Of a stretch of DNA of 64,000 bases, positions 14,044 through 25,727 are shown piece after piece; within the stretch, counting starts at the first letter, position 1; each line of letters opens with the position of its first letter. Source of the DNA: the human T2T-CHM13v2.0 reference genome, Homo sapiens. The notes beneath the pieces were generated by a model that had not been told where the DNA came from, searched no databases, and saw nothing but the letters and a program-made list of their open reading frames with translations. Both the position numbers and the translations under genes were made by a program. The DNA lies in the NCBI RefSeq assembly GCF_009914755.1, contig NC_060938.1. One strand, written 5' to 3'.

Positions 14044-16769
14044 TCACAGCAGCTAACAAGCAGAATCAGGATTTGAACCTAGGCCGTGGAGCACCAGAGC
14101 CCATTCTAAATCTGAATGCACTCTCAAAGTGTCTTGCAGGGAGGTGAGCCCAGTCTGTCTCTCTCAGACTTCAAGACCATTTGCAGTGGTCCCCATACCT
14201 ATTGCAATGATTCTGAATAAAGTCTCCTGTACCAAAAAAATAAAAAGTATTCTCTAAATCTTTAATATTTTATCCTAGAAACAAATGAGATTATTCCTTC
14301 TTTTATTGTGATAACATATTATGATAACTCATTTTATTTGATTCCCTAAAACCGGACAGAGATTTCCATGGTGCTGAGGATACGAAGTTTAGACCTTCGA
14401 TAGCTAGTCTAAGCTTAGTGGAGATCTGATATCCAATCTAAGCTTAGTGAAGACAAACAGGTTGTAAATGCCCAAATCTCTCTATGAGAAACTAATTAAG
14501 CCCTGCCTTTGAGTAAAAGAGAAAAAAAAAAAATGCTTCTATATTAAAATAACTTCATTTGGAGTTCAAAGGAAGCTAAATAAGGTTTTCACAGGAAGAG
14601 TTCATATTTTTTTAATCCTTAAAGTAATGTGTATAAGTTTCAATGAAGTAAATGTCCCAGCTACATTATTCAAACTCAAGAGATTAAAAATATTTTTTTT
14701 CCAACATCCAAACTCCTGATATCCCTATTTCAGCCACAGGGAGGACAAGGGCATAACTATGGATGTTTATTAGAAGGATAAGTTAAAGAGGCAGAAGCAG
14801 TATATACATTCTCTAAACTATACATTTATACAAGGATGCCATTGTCTTTTTTTAAGCAAATACTTGTAGAAGTGATGTCTAAAAGAATAAAGCTTCTCTT
14901 CTATATCTCCAAATAGAAAATATAATCAAAATCCGCTTTTATGTAGGATGGCTTTTTTAAATAAATAAGCAGAAGGATGAATTATGTGGCTATAAATAAA
15001 TCTACTGACATGTAATAAAGCAAAGTCGAACTGTTTTATGGTGTCACTGAAACCCTTAGATATATTTATAGCCATGTTAACAGTCCCCAGTATTTTTTCA
15101 GGACTTTTATTTCATTTCACATTATGAGAGTTTAGTTGTTTGTTTTTCTCTCCCTAAATTGCCTTCTGGAGCCCTTTGTAGAGATAGAAAGTAAGGATCT
15201 CTACTCTTCATATTTGGAAAAAAAAAGGGTCTTCACCGAAAAAGCTTAGGGCTCACACAGAAACAGTCGGTTCTGATGCTTTCTGGTCTGCCTGTTTCTG
15301 TGCAGTTCATATGAGATGTGCCTGCGAAGAACAACTTGACAGGTAGCTCCTGCTGGCAGCAAAGTGGCAAGTCAGAGTCTATACAAGTGAGGAGAGGCCT
15401 GTGCAGAGATAAAATGTACAGTACTGTAGAAAACAAGCAGATGGACAGAGCAACTTTGCATTAGATTCCTGATGCCTGACACATTTAAATACAATCACAA
15501 GGCTTATTTCAGAAGCCAAAGAATCTCCAGACTATCACATAGCCGAGGCACAGACCAAAACAAGATAAAGGGTCTGATGGGTAAAGATGCTCACACCTTA
15601 CCCTGGGACATTCTCTTGCAGGGTGAGGATGGGGGGGGGGACATTTAAAAAGCAAGAGGAGAAGGTTTATAATACCAGTTCTAAAGCCTGAAGTAATATA
15701 GGGGTTTTTTAAAATTGTATTCCATTTAGAAATTTCAGGATCCAAAGAGTATGGTTAGGATTCCGTGGGGGGTTTATTCAAGTGGAGCTAAGCGTGGTTG
15801 TTCCTGTGAAATTATTTATATTTTTCAACTTGAAATCTGGGTGAGCATAGTGTTTCTAAATCTATTTCTCTTCTTTTCTATCTTAAAAGTGGACTCTCAT
15901 TTTCATCCTGTAGCTATACACTTGATTCCCAAGTGTTATCACTCAAGGGACCCACTAGAAAAGCCAACTCAAGAGGAAGAGGAGAGCTTTTGATGGTAGG
16001 ACAAGGGATGACAAATCCTTCAGCTGGAACTCTAGCTACAGGCAGTATTTAGAAAGTATCACTGGAGCTAAAAATCTTTAAAAATGTATTTAATGTGTTA
16101 GACTAATATAGGCTCTAAAAGACCTAAAAAGAACAGGATCCAGAAAAGAAGTCGAAATAGGAATGTGTTAACTAGAGGGAGGGGCAGGAGGGATAAGAAA
16201 CACATGAAAAAATTAACAGTGGGGTAAATTGGAGAGGGACATTCATTTTATTAGGATAATTGGGGGTTGTCTCTTTGTAGTGGAAGAAGTAAAATAGACC
16301 TGTCTTACATTTGTCCTCTGAAGAGTCTTCTCAGTATTTAACTGTGTTCCCAAATGGAATCAGCCTTACCAAAATTCACGGTGACTTCTTTTGACATTTT
16401 GCAAAAAGTAAATAAATAAATTATAAGTATGACAAGTGAAATGAATAGTTCCAGCTGTGATGCACCAGCAGCATTTCCAGATTTTGTACTGCATTAAGGA
16501 TTTATTTTCTCTTTATTGCCTAGCAGAGAATTAATTGGAAGGTCCATCTAAGCTTCCCACACATCCTCAGAATGAAGTCAAAGCAGTCTCCAATGCTCAA
16601 TGCCAATTAAAAAAAAAAAAAAAAAAGAAAAACAGTAAGTGGGTAGGTGGTCAGTTTATCAACTCTGGAAAAGCTTGTCTTTGAGGATTCACACTGCTAA
16701 AGCCAGACAAACGCATCAGCAAAATTAATGGCATAAGGAAAATGTGAGTATGAGATTGGCAATTGATTC

Positions 16770-17360
16770 ACTGAGTTCGTTCATTCAGCCAGTATTTACT
16801 GAGCCCGTATGATGTGCTACCTATTTTTTCACACACACAGAAAACAGGAGAAAATGAAGACTCAGCCCTCAGAGAGCTTATAACCATTTTAAGGAGATAA
16901 ACTATGAACAAGTATACAGATAAAATAATTTCAGACACTGGAGAGTGCTGTCAAGGAAATAAAACAAGGTAATGGGAGGGGATGCCTTCCAGGGGTGGTG
17001 GTCAACTTTAAATGAGGACCAGAGAGGGTCTCTGAGGAGGTGACATTTGAAATGCACCCATCACATGAAAATCTTGGGGAAAAGCCTTCCAGACAGAAGG
17101 GGCCAACAATGCTATAAAGGCCTTGGGATGAGAAAAAACTTCCCACGATCAAAGCAGAAAGACCTGGGGAACTAGAGAGTAGGGAGGAATGGGGCATCTG
17201 GCAGGAGATGGAGCTGAAGCATTAGAGTTAAGCAGAGTCATCTAGGCCGCCTTAAGGCCAAAAGTGCAGTGGAAATCCACCTGGGGACTAAATCAAGGAG
17301 TGGTTGAATTGAGTGGAAATTATCATGGATATTTAGGATATTAAGAATTTTTTCTGGCTT
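16770..17360. mobile_element. L2 3' fragment
   Basis: CATTCAGCCAGTATTTACTGAGC end motif and L2-like body (CTCTGAGGAGGTGACATTTGA). Confidence 0.65.
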
Positions 17361-18699
17361 TTCTAGCAATAATAGCATAAGACCCTAACCATGTACTTAA
17401 CCTGTTCTTCACCTTTTTAGAGCTTCAGCTTATTTTTCTAGTGGACAAAGAATATTGCCACTGTTTGTCAGGTGCTCTACCAGATACTGTATATTTTCTC
17501 ATTTTAAACCCCCAACAACCTCGAGAGGGAGGCATATTCCTCATTTTACAGAGGAGGAAACTGAGGTTTCAATGGAATGTCCATAAACCACCCCTTCCCC
17601 TTGCTGTGGTGTCCCTGAGAGCATGCTGCTGGTTTAAGACACTGCGTGGGGGCACACCCAAAAGTATGCAAGACCTTGTCAGAGGGCCATTTCCTGGGGG
17701 GCTGTGGATCCTGGACCACCCTTACAAATGAGAGCCAGGGCAGTTAGGGTGACTGTGTGCATCATTTACTACGGGCAGCTTGAAGCTTTTGGAGGACACC
17801 AATTTCAGAACCAGAATACCAGTTCACTGCCATAAATTCTGAAATGGACTTGATGTATGACCTTGAAGGCAAATCACCTGTAGGTTTGGTCTTTTTGTTA
17901 GAGAGACATAATGCTGTTTCCTCAACACCTCCTTGGGGTGTCTCAAGGATGAATAGGGCTGTCTTAATCCCTGTTCTTTATCCTCAGGGGGTTTGAAATG
18001 AGAGTGGAGTATATAATAGGTGCTATAAGCTCCTTTTAAAAAAGCCTCCTAAATACAACATATATATGTTTTAACCAGCAAGTATTGTTCACTCACCTCC
18101 CCTTCCTCCCTGCAAATGTAATGGGCTTTTTACCCAAGGTGAATGGTAGGAGGGAGTCAAAGCTAGCAAGACCTGTGTGGACAACAACCTGGCCTGAGAG
18201 GGCAGCCTGTTGGGTTTGTCCTTCCTGCGCATGAGACATACTGGAGGGGTGGATGCCGCCTAGTCCACAGTGTTACCGTGTCCTGGCAGAGCCTTGGGTC
18301 AGTCCCCTCCTGGAGTCACAGATGGCCACGACAGAGGACAGGTGCTGCCATTCTGGCTCTCCCCTGCGTGTTCAGTCGTGAGGTAAACACCGTGCTGTCT
18401 TTGATGCCCAGCGCCCAGGGGACTTCACCCACCTGGGGCAGCCCTTCTGCAGCCAGTTCCGGACAGGCGCCAGTCACTTCTCTTTGAGCCAGCCGACTTG
18501 GCCCTCTCCCCTTCTGAAGTTTTTTGATCAGGACTACAGGCGCGGACGATAACCTCTGGATTTTGAATCCCAACAGTGTCCTATCCACCACCGGGGGTGG
18601 CAGCCACCTTCTGGAAGGACTGCCAATCACGGAGCCCTTCACCCTTTGGAGTCCCCAGGCCACCGCTCCACCTTCACTTTTGGGAGTCCGGACTCAGAT

Positions 18700-20340
18700 T
18701 CCCATCATTCGCCCTGCGGGAGGGGCCCTGGGCATTTTAACCCCGGGAGACACACGCGCCTGGAGAGTGGTCGCCCAAGCCACCGCCAGGCAGGGAGGAG
18801 CGCGCGTGCGGCACCACCGCGTGCAGCAGCTCCAGCGCTCGCGCTGCCTCAAGGGGTTTATTTTTATTTCTATTTGGAGCTACTTCGGCCTTAGCCGCCG
18901 CCCTTACTTTTCCTCCGAAATTGTGAGAAGGTGCCTTCATGGCTGGAGTTTGGTTTCACGCGCCTGGGAGAAGAGCAGGGCACGGGTGATAAAGAAGGCG
19001 CAGTGTCGGTCTGTCGGTGTCACACACGCGCGCACACACGGCGGGGCGGGAGCCGCGCGAGCGAGAGGAGGGCGGGCGGCGTGTGCTGGAGGCTCGCGCG
19101 GGTGTATACGAGCCTGTGCTTGAATGGGAAGGGCCGGGATTCCGGGTCGCTCTGGCCCCTCCTTCCTCCGGAGCCAGCCAGTCCCTCGGCAGAGCGCTGG
19201 GGCTGCACTGATTTGCTCTCGGGAGTGCGCTATTTGCATATGACTTGCCCATTTGTGAATTTGGCTCCCCAACTCCTCGCTTCACTTCACCTGTGCCTCC
19301 CTGGTCCGCGCACTTCGCAGGCGCCCGCCCGCCTCTCGGCCACCTCTGCAGCCTGCCAGGCACCTCCTCTTGCGCTCTCGCTGATTTCGCCCACCCACCT
19401 CCCTCCACCCCGTGCCACGTTGGTTTGGGTGGCTGCTCCGCACCGGGTTCCTCCTCCTCTCCTCTTTCCCTCCAGTCCTTCTTATTCTCTTCCTCTGGCT
19501 GCGGTGGCTGCTGCTGCTGCTGGTTTTCATCCAGTTGGGAAACCCAGGAAGCCGGCGGCTGCTCCGTGGCGCTAGTCCAGCACGCCCAGGGTTAAAAGCC
19601 TCGCGCCCTTCCGCGGAGACTCCCAGGAACACCCGAAGAACTCTTCCACCTGCAGCCCCCTTTTGCCTGGCAGTTCTGCATTGCATCTCATGGAAGTGGA
19701 AACAGGAAAATAAAAATGTTCAAACTCCTTGGATGTTGGGATAAACTCACCTGAACCCACTTGGGTTCGGGCTGCCTCCTTCTCTTCCTTCATTGCCACC
19801 TTTCCTCTGTGTGGCTCCCGGGAGTGTGCGGTTAAGTCATCAGACTCGAAGTGCCTAGAGATCCGGAGGAAGCCGCGCCGGTCTTCCCCTGACATGCGTG
19901 GCATGCCGGGGCTCCGTAGGAGGTTTGCTATACCTGGGAGGACCCTGGCATTCTAAATTTCAGCTCCGGGAAAGAGAAGGGGCTTTTTGCCTTTTATCTT
20001 TTTTTTTTCTTTCTTTAAGTAGTAATTTTTTAACTGATTCATTGTTTGGAAAGCGCATATTGCTTCCCTCTTCCCCGAATTCTGGCAACTCTTCCTCCTG
20101 CTATGATGGGCCCTTGGGCATCATGAACTTCATTACTCCTCACTGGCTGGAATTCAAACTGCCCATCTGTAGTGGTCCCGTGCGTTGACCATGCACCTGA
20201 GAATCCACGCGAGACGGAGCCCTCCTCGCCGGCCGGCCTGGACGCTTGGGATCTGGTTCCTGTTCTGGGGATGTATCGTCAGCTCTGTATGGAGTTCTTC
20301 TAATGTAGCTTCCTCCTCCTCCACCTCTTCCTCGCCGGGG
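18700..20340 (+). promoter_or_regulatory. NRXN3: CpG island: NRXN3-beta internal promoter and long 5'UTR
   Basis: Sharp rise in GC and CpG (runs such as GCGCGCGTGCG, CACGCGCGCAC) immediately upstream of the beta ATG. GC boxes near 19043 and 19070, CCAAT near 18622, octamer ATTTGCAT at 19232-19239. The exact TSS cannot be determined from sequence. Confidence 0.85.
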
Positions 20341-20437
20341 TCTCACTCTCAGCACGAGCACCATTTCCATGGCAGCAAGCATCACTCAGTGCCTATTTCT
20401 ATCTATCGTTCCCCTGTTTCCCTTCGAGGAGGACACG
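20191..20437 (+). CDS. NRXN3: Neurexin-3-beta specific first coding exon (signal peptide plus His-rich N-terminus)
   Basis: Translation [36 protein letters not shown]...[28 protein letters not shown] matches the recalled NRXN3-beta N-terminus. ACCATG Kozak at 20188-20193; donor CACG|GTAGGT at 20437/20438 (phase 1, consistent with the known continuation ...GGHAGATY). No downstream exon was recognised in the window. Confidence 0.96.
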
Positions 20438-20825
20438 GTAGGTCTCTCTGCTCTTTATCCTTTTAATGGGGCATAGCAATTCGCTAACCCACTAGCCTTG
20501 CAGGTAGTGTCAAAGGTGGGAAGGGAATTTAAAAAAAATGAATTTAAAATGATGAAAAGCATCGTATGTCCATGAGGGAAGCAAATTTCTACTTTCTCAT
20601 AAAGGTTAGTGTTTTCTGCCCCTAGCCTCCGACAACCATCTCCACTTTTCTCTAAAGGGTTCTTTTCCCCTTAGCTCCCTCATTCATAGCTGCACAGACA
20701 CCACACTCTCTCTTTTGCAACCTTCTACTCTCTCCACCCCCACGGAGACAGGCAACTTATCAGGTGAGTCCCAGTGCTGTACTTGGAGAAATATTCATTC
20801 ACCTTGCTTTCACCCTTCTTTGCTG

Positions 20826-21651
20826 TGGTCTTGCTTGGGAGCTAGTGGGGGTGGGGTGGGAATAGCTGACAACAGGAATCAGGTTTTCAGCCTGAAGTTG
20901 ATTGAACTGTTATAAAGTAGCCTGTGTGGTAATGGTCAGGGAAAAGTAGCCGAACATAAGAAGGCAGAAAATATAATTAACAACCTGTGGCCATTTGTGT
21001 TGAATTTGGCAGCTTTATGTTTGTCCACATATCTAGTGGAAAAAGCAGCTATCTCTAAAACTACACATCTACTATTGCTATCAGAAAGGAAGCAATATGT
21101 AAGATAAGGCTAAGTTCATTTATAATTTACCCAAGTGTAAATGACAGTAACTTGGATTCCCCGTGTATGCAAATGTTATTTCATCTTTAGGTAGCAGAGA
21201 TGGGCTTGTTCACACAATACAGGTACGATGGGTTTTACTCCAAACAACCCTCCTTACATGGCTATTGAGGGAAGAGATCTATGGCTCTGAAAATGATACT
21301 CAGCTGTTAGCCGGCTGCCTCTAAAAGGGCGATGTCTGCAGCTAAGGTAGGAGCTTGCTGTGGTAAACTGTTCTAAAGAAAGGAGCTTCTTAATTTGTTT
21401 ACTATGCACTCCACTCTGATGGTAAGGAGAGTAGGACACACAGAAATGGAGACTGGTCTTGCTTGGGAGCTAGTGGGGGTGGGGTGGGAATAGCTGACAA
21501 CAGGAATCAGGTTTTCAGCCTGAAGTTGATTGAACTGTTATAAAGTAGCCTGTGTGGTAATGGTCAGGGAAAAGTAGCCAAATATAAGAAGGCAGAAAAT
21601 ATAATTAACAACCCGTGGCCATTTGTGTTGGTTTTGGCAGCTTTATGTTTG
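20826..21651 (+). repeat. 198-bp local direct duplication (20826-21023 / 21454-21651)
   Basis: Two copies, 5 mismatches by eye, 430-bp spacer. Confidence 0.95.
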
Positions 21652-24101
21652 CAGGAACAGCCCTCCAGGGAACATGAGCGTGAACCATACTAGGGGGTTC
21701 CTGCCCTTGTATTTTGAAGACTGATAACATCCAGACCCTATTTGGAAAGTTGATTCTTCCTGCTGCCTCCTAGCCCTGAGCTTTGGCTTTATGCTGTCTG
21801 TAGTGTAAGTGGAAGCACATTGAGAAAATGCCAGCACATACTCTGGCTCTTTTTGACTCTGTCTTTAAATTTTATTTGATGGAGTTGTCAAGCAGCTCAC
21901 AGCTTGTAAGGTTGGTGGAGGGGGATGGTGAAAAGAAGGGATTGCTTGATCTTGATCTGGTGGCTCTTTTCTCTGTGACTCCTGCTGGGTCTGGTGTTGG
22001 CTCCCTTAAAAAAGAAAGAAGCAAACAAACCTAGGAGAAAAAAGAGCCACAACCACCAAAAAAGCAATTTCATTGACATGGAAACTTAGCTCCTAAGGGG
22101 GAGAGGGACTGGGGGGAGCGGGTAAGACAGGAAAAAAAGAGGGAGTGGGAGATAGGGGAAGCCAGAGAGACTGTTACTAATAGCCATAATTAAACACGGA
22201 AATGCTCAGAGATTAGCTAAATTTTGCTAATTACTGTAAATGATCAGCAGGGAGAGGAAGATTATGCATTACAGGTTATGGGTGGCAGGGTCTTGATATC
22301 TTTTGTTCGGGTTGTAAACAGTTACAGCAGATACTAGTAAGTGATGGAATTTGCAGAGCAGTACTTCCCTAGGGTCCCTAAGTCAGAGTCAGTCTCTCTC
22401 TCTCTCTCTCTCTCATAAAGGGGTTGAGCCTTGCACAGGTTAAACATGACCCTTTATTTAGTTTATTTCTTCAACGATTGGTTGCTCAGTCTCCTTTAAA
22501 TCTTTTTGACTGGTCCCCAGTCTAGTTTCTCATTAACCTACATCTGATAAGGTTCAGTGTGATGGAAAATAAGAAGAAAGTAAGTAAATGGCTAGAGACC
22601 CCAGAAAAGGCCCTCAGACTCACCAGAGCTGTAGAGTACAGTGAACTCCATCCAGGGTCTGGCATGGCTGAGATAAGAAAACTCATGAATTCAGCTCTTC
22701 AGAATCCTCTTTCAATCCTGAAGTCCCAACTCATTGATTTGGGGCTTGGAGAGTGAATGCATCTGTATTAAGTAGACTCCTTGCATATTTAATTGGTGTT
22801 TTTGAGCATAAAATCAAGAGAAGCAGCAATCAACAAAATATCCCTACCTCTGGCTTCCATCCTGCACCCAAGCTGTGACCCTTTGCGTCTCTAACTAAAA
22901 GGACCAGAAGACCCCACAGAGCTTTGCTAATGCACTTCTCATTCTTACTTGGTGTACACTTGCTTTTTCCTAGTCCAAGACAAAGACCTAGCTAACAGCA
23001 ATTGTTTTAAAAAATATTTTTGGATGGAGGTGGTAGGAGGCATGGCACCAAGAGACTGATGGTTGTTATTGATGATTTACTGCCAATCTTATTCCAGAGT
23101 TAAAGGCAGCACTCTCTGTTGTCTGTGAAAAAGTAAATGCCCTTGATTTTGGTATGAAAGAAAACTAGAGCCTTGAGTCCAAGAATCTTCTTTGGACTTA
23201 AGAGATTGTTGTTTTTTTAACTACACTTGCTCTTCCCTTGCCCATTTCCTGAGAAGCCAAAGTCCTCAAAGCTGCTGTTCATCAGTTGGTGCTCCCACCC
23301 CCTTTCTCTACTATCCAGACCTATAGAGAGATTCATGCTAAGACAGATGGAAGAAACAGAAATCCTCCAAATAGCTGATATTTTACCTACACTTTTGCCT
23401 GTGCTTGGTTCCAAGCTTTAGAAAATTGGTTATATTATAGATTTGCTTAAAGCCTTTATCCCAGGACAGCCTAGAGGATGCTGGGATTCTTTGTAAATTA
23501 GGGAGACTAAGGCCACACTTACCTGGGGTGCCCCCAAAAAATCTCACATTAGGATTGTGTTTCAGGATAGGATTAACCTTCTTCTTAATGGGAATCTAGT
23601 AGGCTCTTCCCCATTCTGTTAGAGTCCTCACCCCACTTTCATGCTCTCTTCTGTTCACCAGTCAGTCAATACTCTTTGAGCACATACTCTGTGCCAGGCT
23701 GTGGGCTACTGCTGAAGATACAGAACCGAATAAGACATTGTGGTGTTCAGCTAGGAATAATTGCAAAAGTATATATATATATGCTTCCATATTTTAAAAA
23801 GTGCAAGGAGTGGGTGGAGATCCAAATACCAAGCGAAATTAATACAAAATCAAAATATCCTTTATAAAATGAAGGTTTACATTATCCTGTTATTTAAAAT
23901 ATCCCTCCAGGTTCCTTTTCATCCTTGGCTTTATTTCCATATGTAAATATCATTTTTTATCAAAGTGCAAGGTAGTTTAGTGATTACAGATATATAAATA
24001 GTAAAATATATTTGTTTACCAAGCTTTAATTACATAAGCAACTTTTGTATATTTTTTCCTTCTTTTTTTCCCTCTCTCTCTTAAAGGTCATTGGACCTTT
24101 A

Positions 24102-24329
<228 letters not shown>

Positions 24330-25315
24330 TTAAATGCAGGTTTCTCTAAGGATTCAAGGTTTTATATGTACCTTAAATGCTATTCTCTATAAAACAGCAG
24401 ACTTTCCTGCCTCTGTAGACGATTTGTGGGGACTAGTTGAGGACATGGAACTCTTGGAAAGCTCAGTTTTAAAAGGGAACACACCACGCTATATTTGCAG
24501 GAAGAACTCTTGCTCAGAAACCAGGGTGTGTGAAAAGGGGGAGTATAAAAGTCCTATTCAAACCATCTTAGCAGAAGTGGTGGTGATGGGCCCCCTTGTG
24601 ACACATGATCCTGGAGTCTTTCTTGGACTCATTCCTTGTCCCAGGGATCCACCCCCAAAGTTTTTTCAGCCTTGGGGGCTTGTTTTGCTTTGATCTATTG
24701 AGTGCCTTCTTCTGCTCAGCCAGCTGCTTTCTAACCACTTTCTTTATGCCTGCCTTCTTGAGATTCAGGGAGTTGAATAATTCATAGTGTTGGTTGACAG
24801 ATCAAATGATAAGATTTATATATCTTTGGCCTTGGTGATGAATTAATTAGATTGGTTTCTCCGTCTTTGGCTCCTCTAGATGCGTTGTTTTTCTTCTTTA
24901 AAATTCACTGGTGAGTGGTGGGTCTGGAGATTAACTTGTTCTTGAGAGACCACCATAGGATGATTATAATATCCTAGTGTCAATTTCTTCAGGACTTTCA
25001 ACATGGATCACTGGGTGGTGTGGAGTAGGGGCAGCTATATCATAGAGAGGAGAGATAAGATCATCAGAACAAAAAACAAGACGCACACACACACACAAAA
25101 ACTTGCCGATACTGGCTGCGGGATGAAATTTTACAGTAAGAACTTGATTGCTTTCACCTCAGATTTTGAATCTAAAAGAGAAATGTATTTCATTTTACAT
25201 TTTAGTAAATGAACTTATCAGCCCAAAGAAGTTTGCTTTACTAGAACTCTGGGTGACCAGGGAGGGAAGCAAATCTCTGAAGATAAATCTTGAACTTACT
25301 CATACTTTCCTCCTT

Positions 25316-25727
25316 GTATTAGTTTGCTAGGGCTGCCATAAAGTAGTAAAGTACTATAGACTGGGTGGTTTAAACAAGAGAAATTTGTTTGCTCAAGGCT
25401 CTGTAGAGTAAATGTCTGAGACCAAGGTGTCAGCAGGTTTAGTTCTTTCTGACATCTCTCTCCTTGGCTTGCAGATGGCTGTTTTCTCACTGTGTCCTCA
25501 TAGGGTCTCACCTTGATCTACATGCATGCATCCCTGGTGTCTTTGTGTGTCCAAATTCTCCCTTCTTATAAGAACATCCATCAGATTGGATTAGGGTCCT
25601 CCCTAAAAGCCTCATTTTAACTTAATCATCTCTTTAAAGGCCCTGTCCTCACATACACTCACATTTTGAGGTACCAGGAATAAAGCTTTGACATATGAAT
25701 TTTGAAGAGACACAGTTCAGCCCCTAA
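25316..25727. mobile_element. MLT1 LTR
   Basis: TGTATTAGTTTGCTAGGGCTGCCATAA start and CACAGTTCAGCCCCTAA end. Confidence 0.8.

Noticed and set aside
19501-19522. (CTG)5 in the probable 5'UTR
   Set aside because: Too short to be a meaningful expansion locus.
18524-19956. Many 110-214 aa ORFs on both strands
   Set aside because: Expected in a GC-rich CpG island with few stops; many begin at non-ATG codons and none resembles a known protein.
20438-20466. Read-through C-terminus GRSLCSLSF
   Set aside because: Intronic sequence past the GT donor; not part of the known protein.
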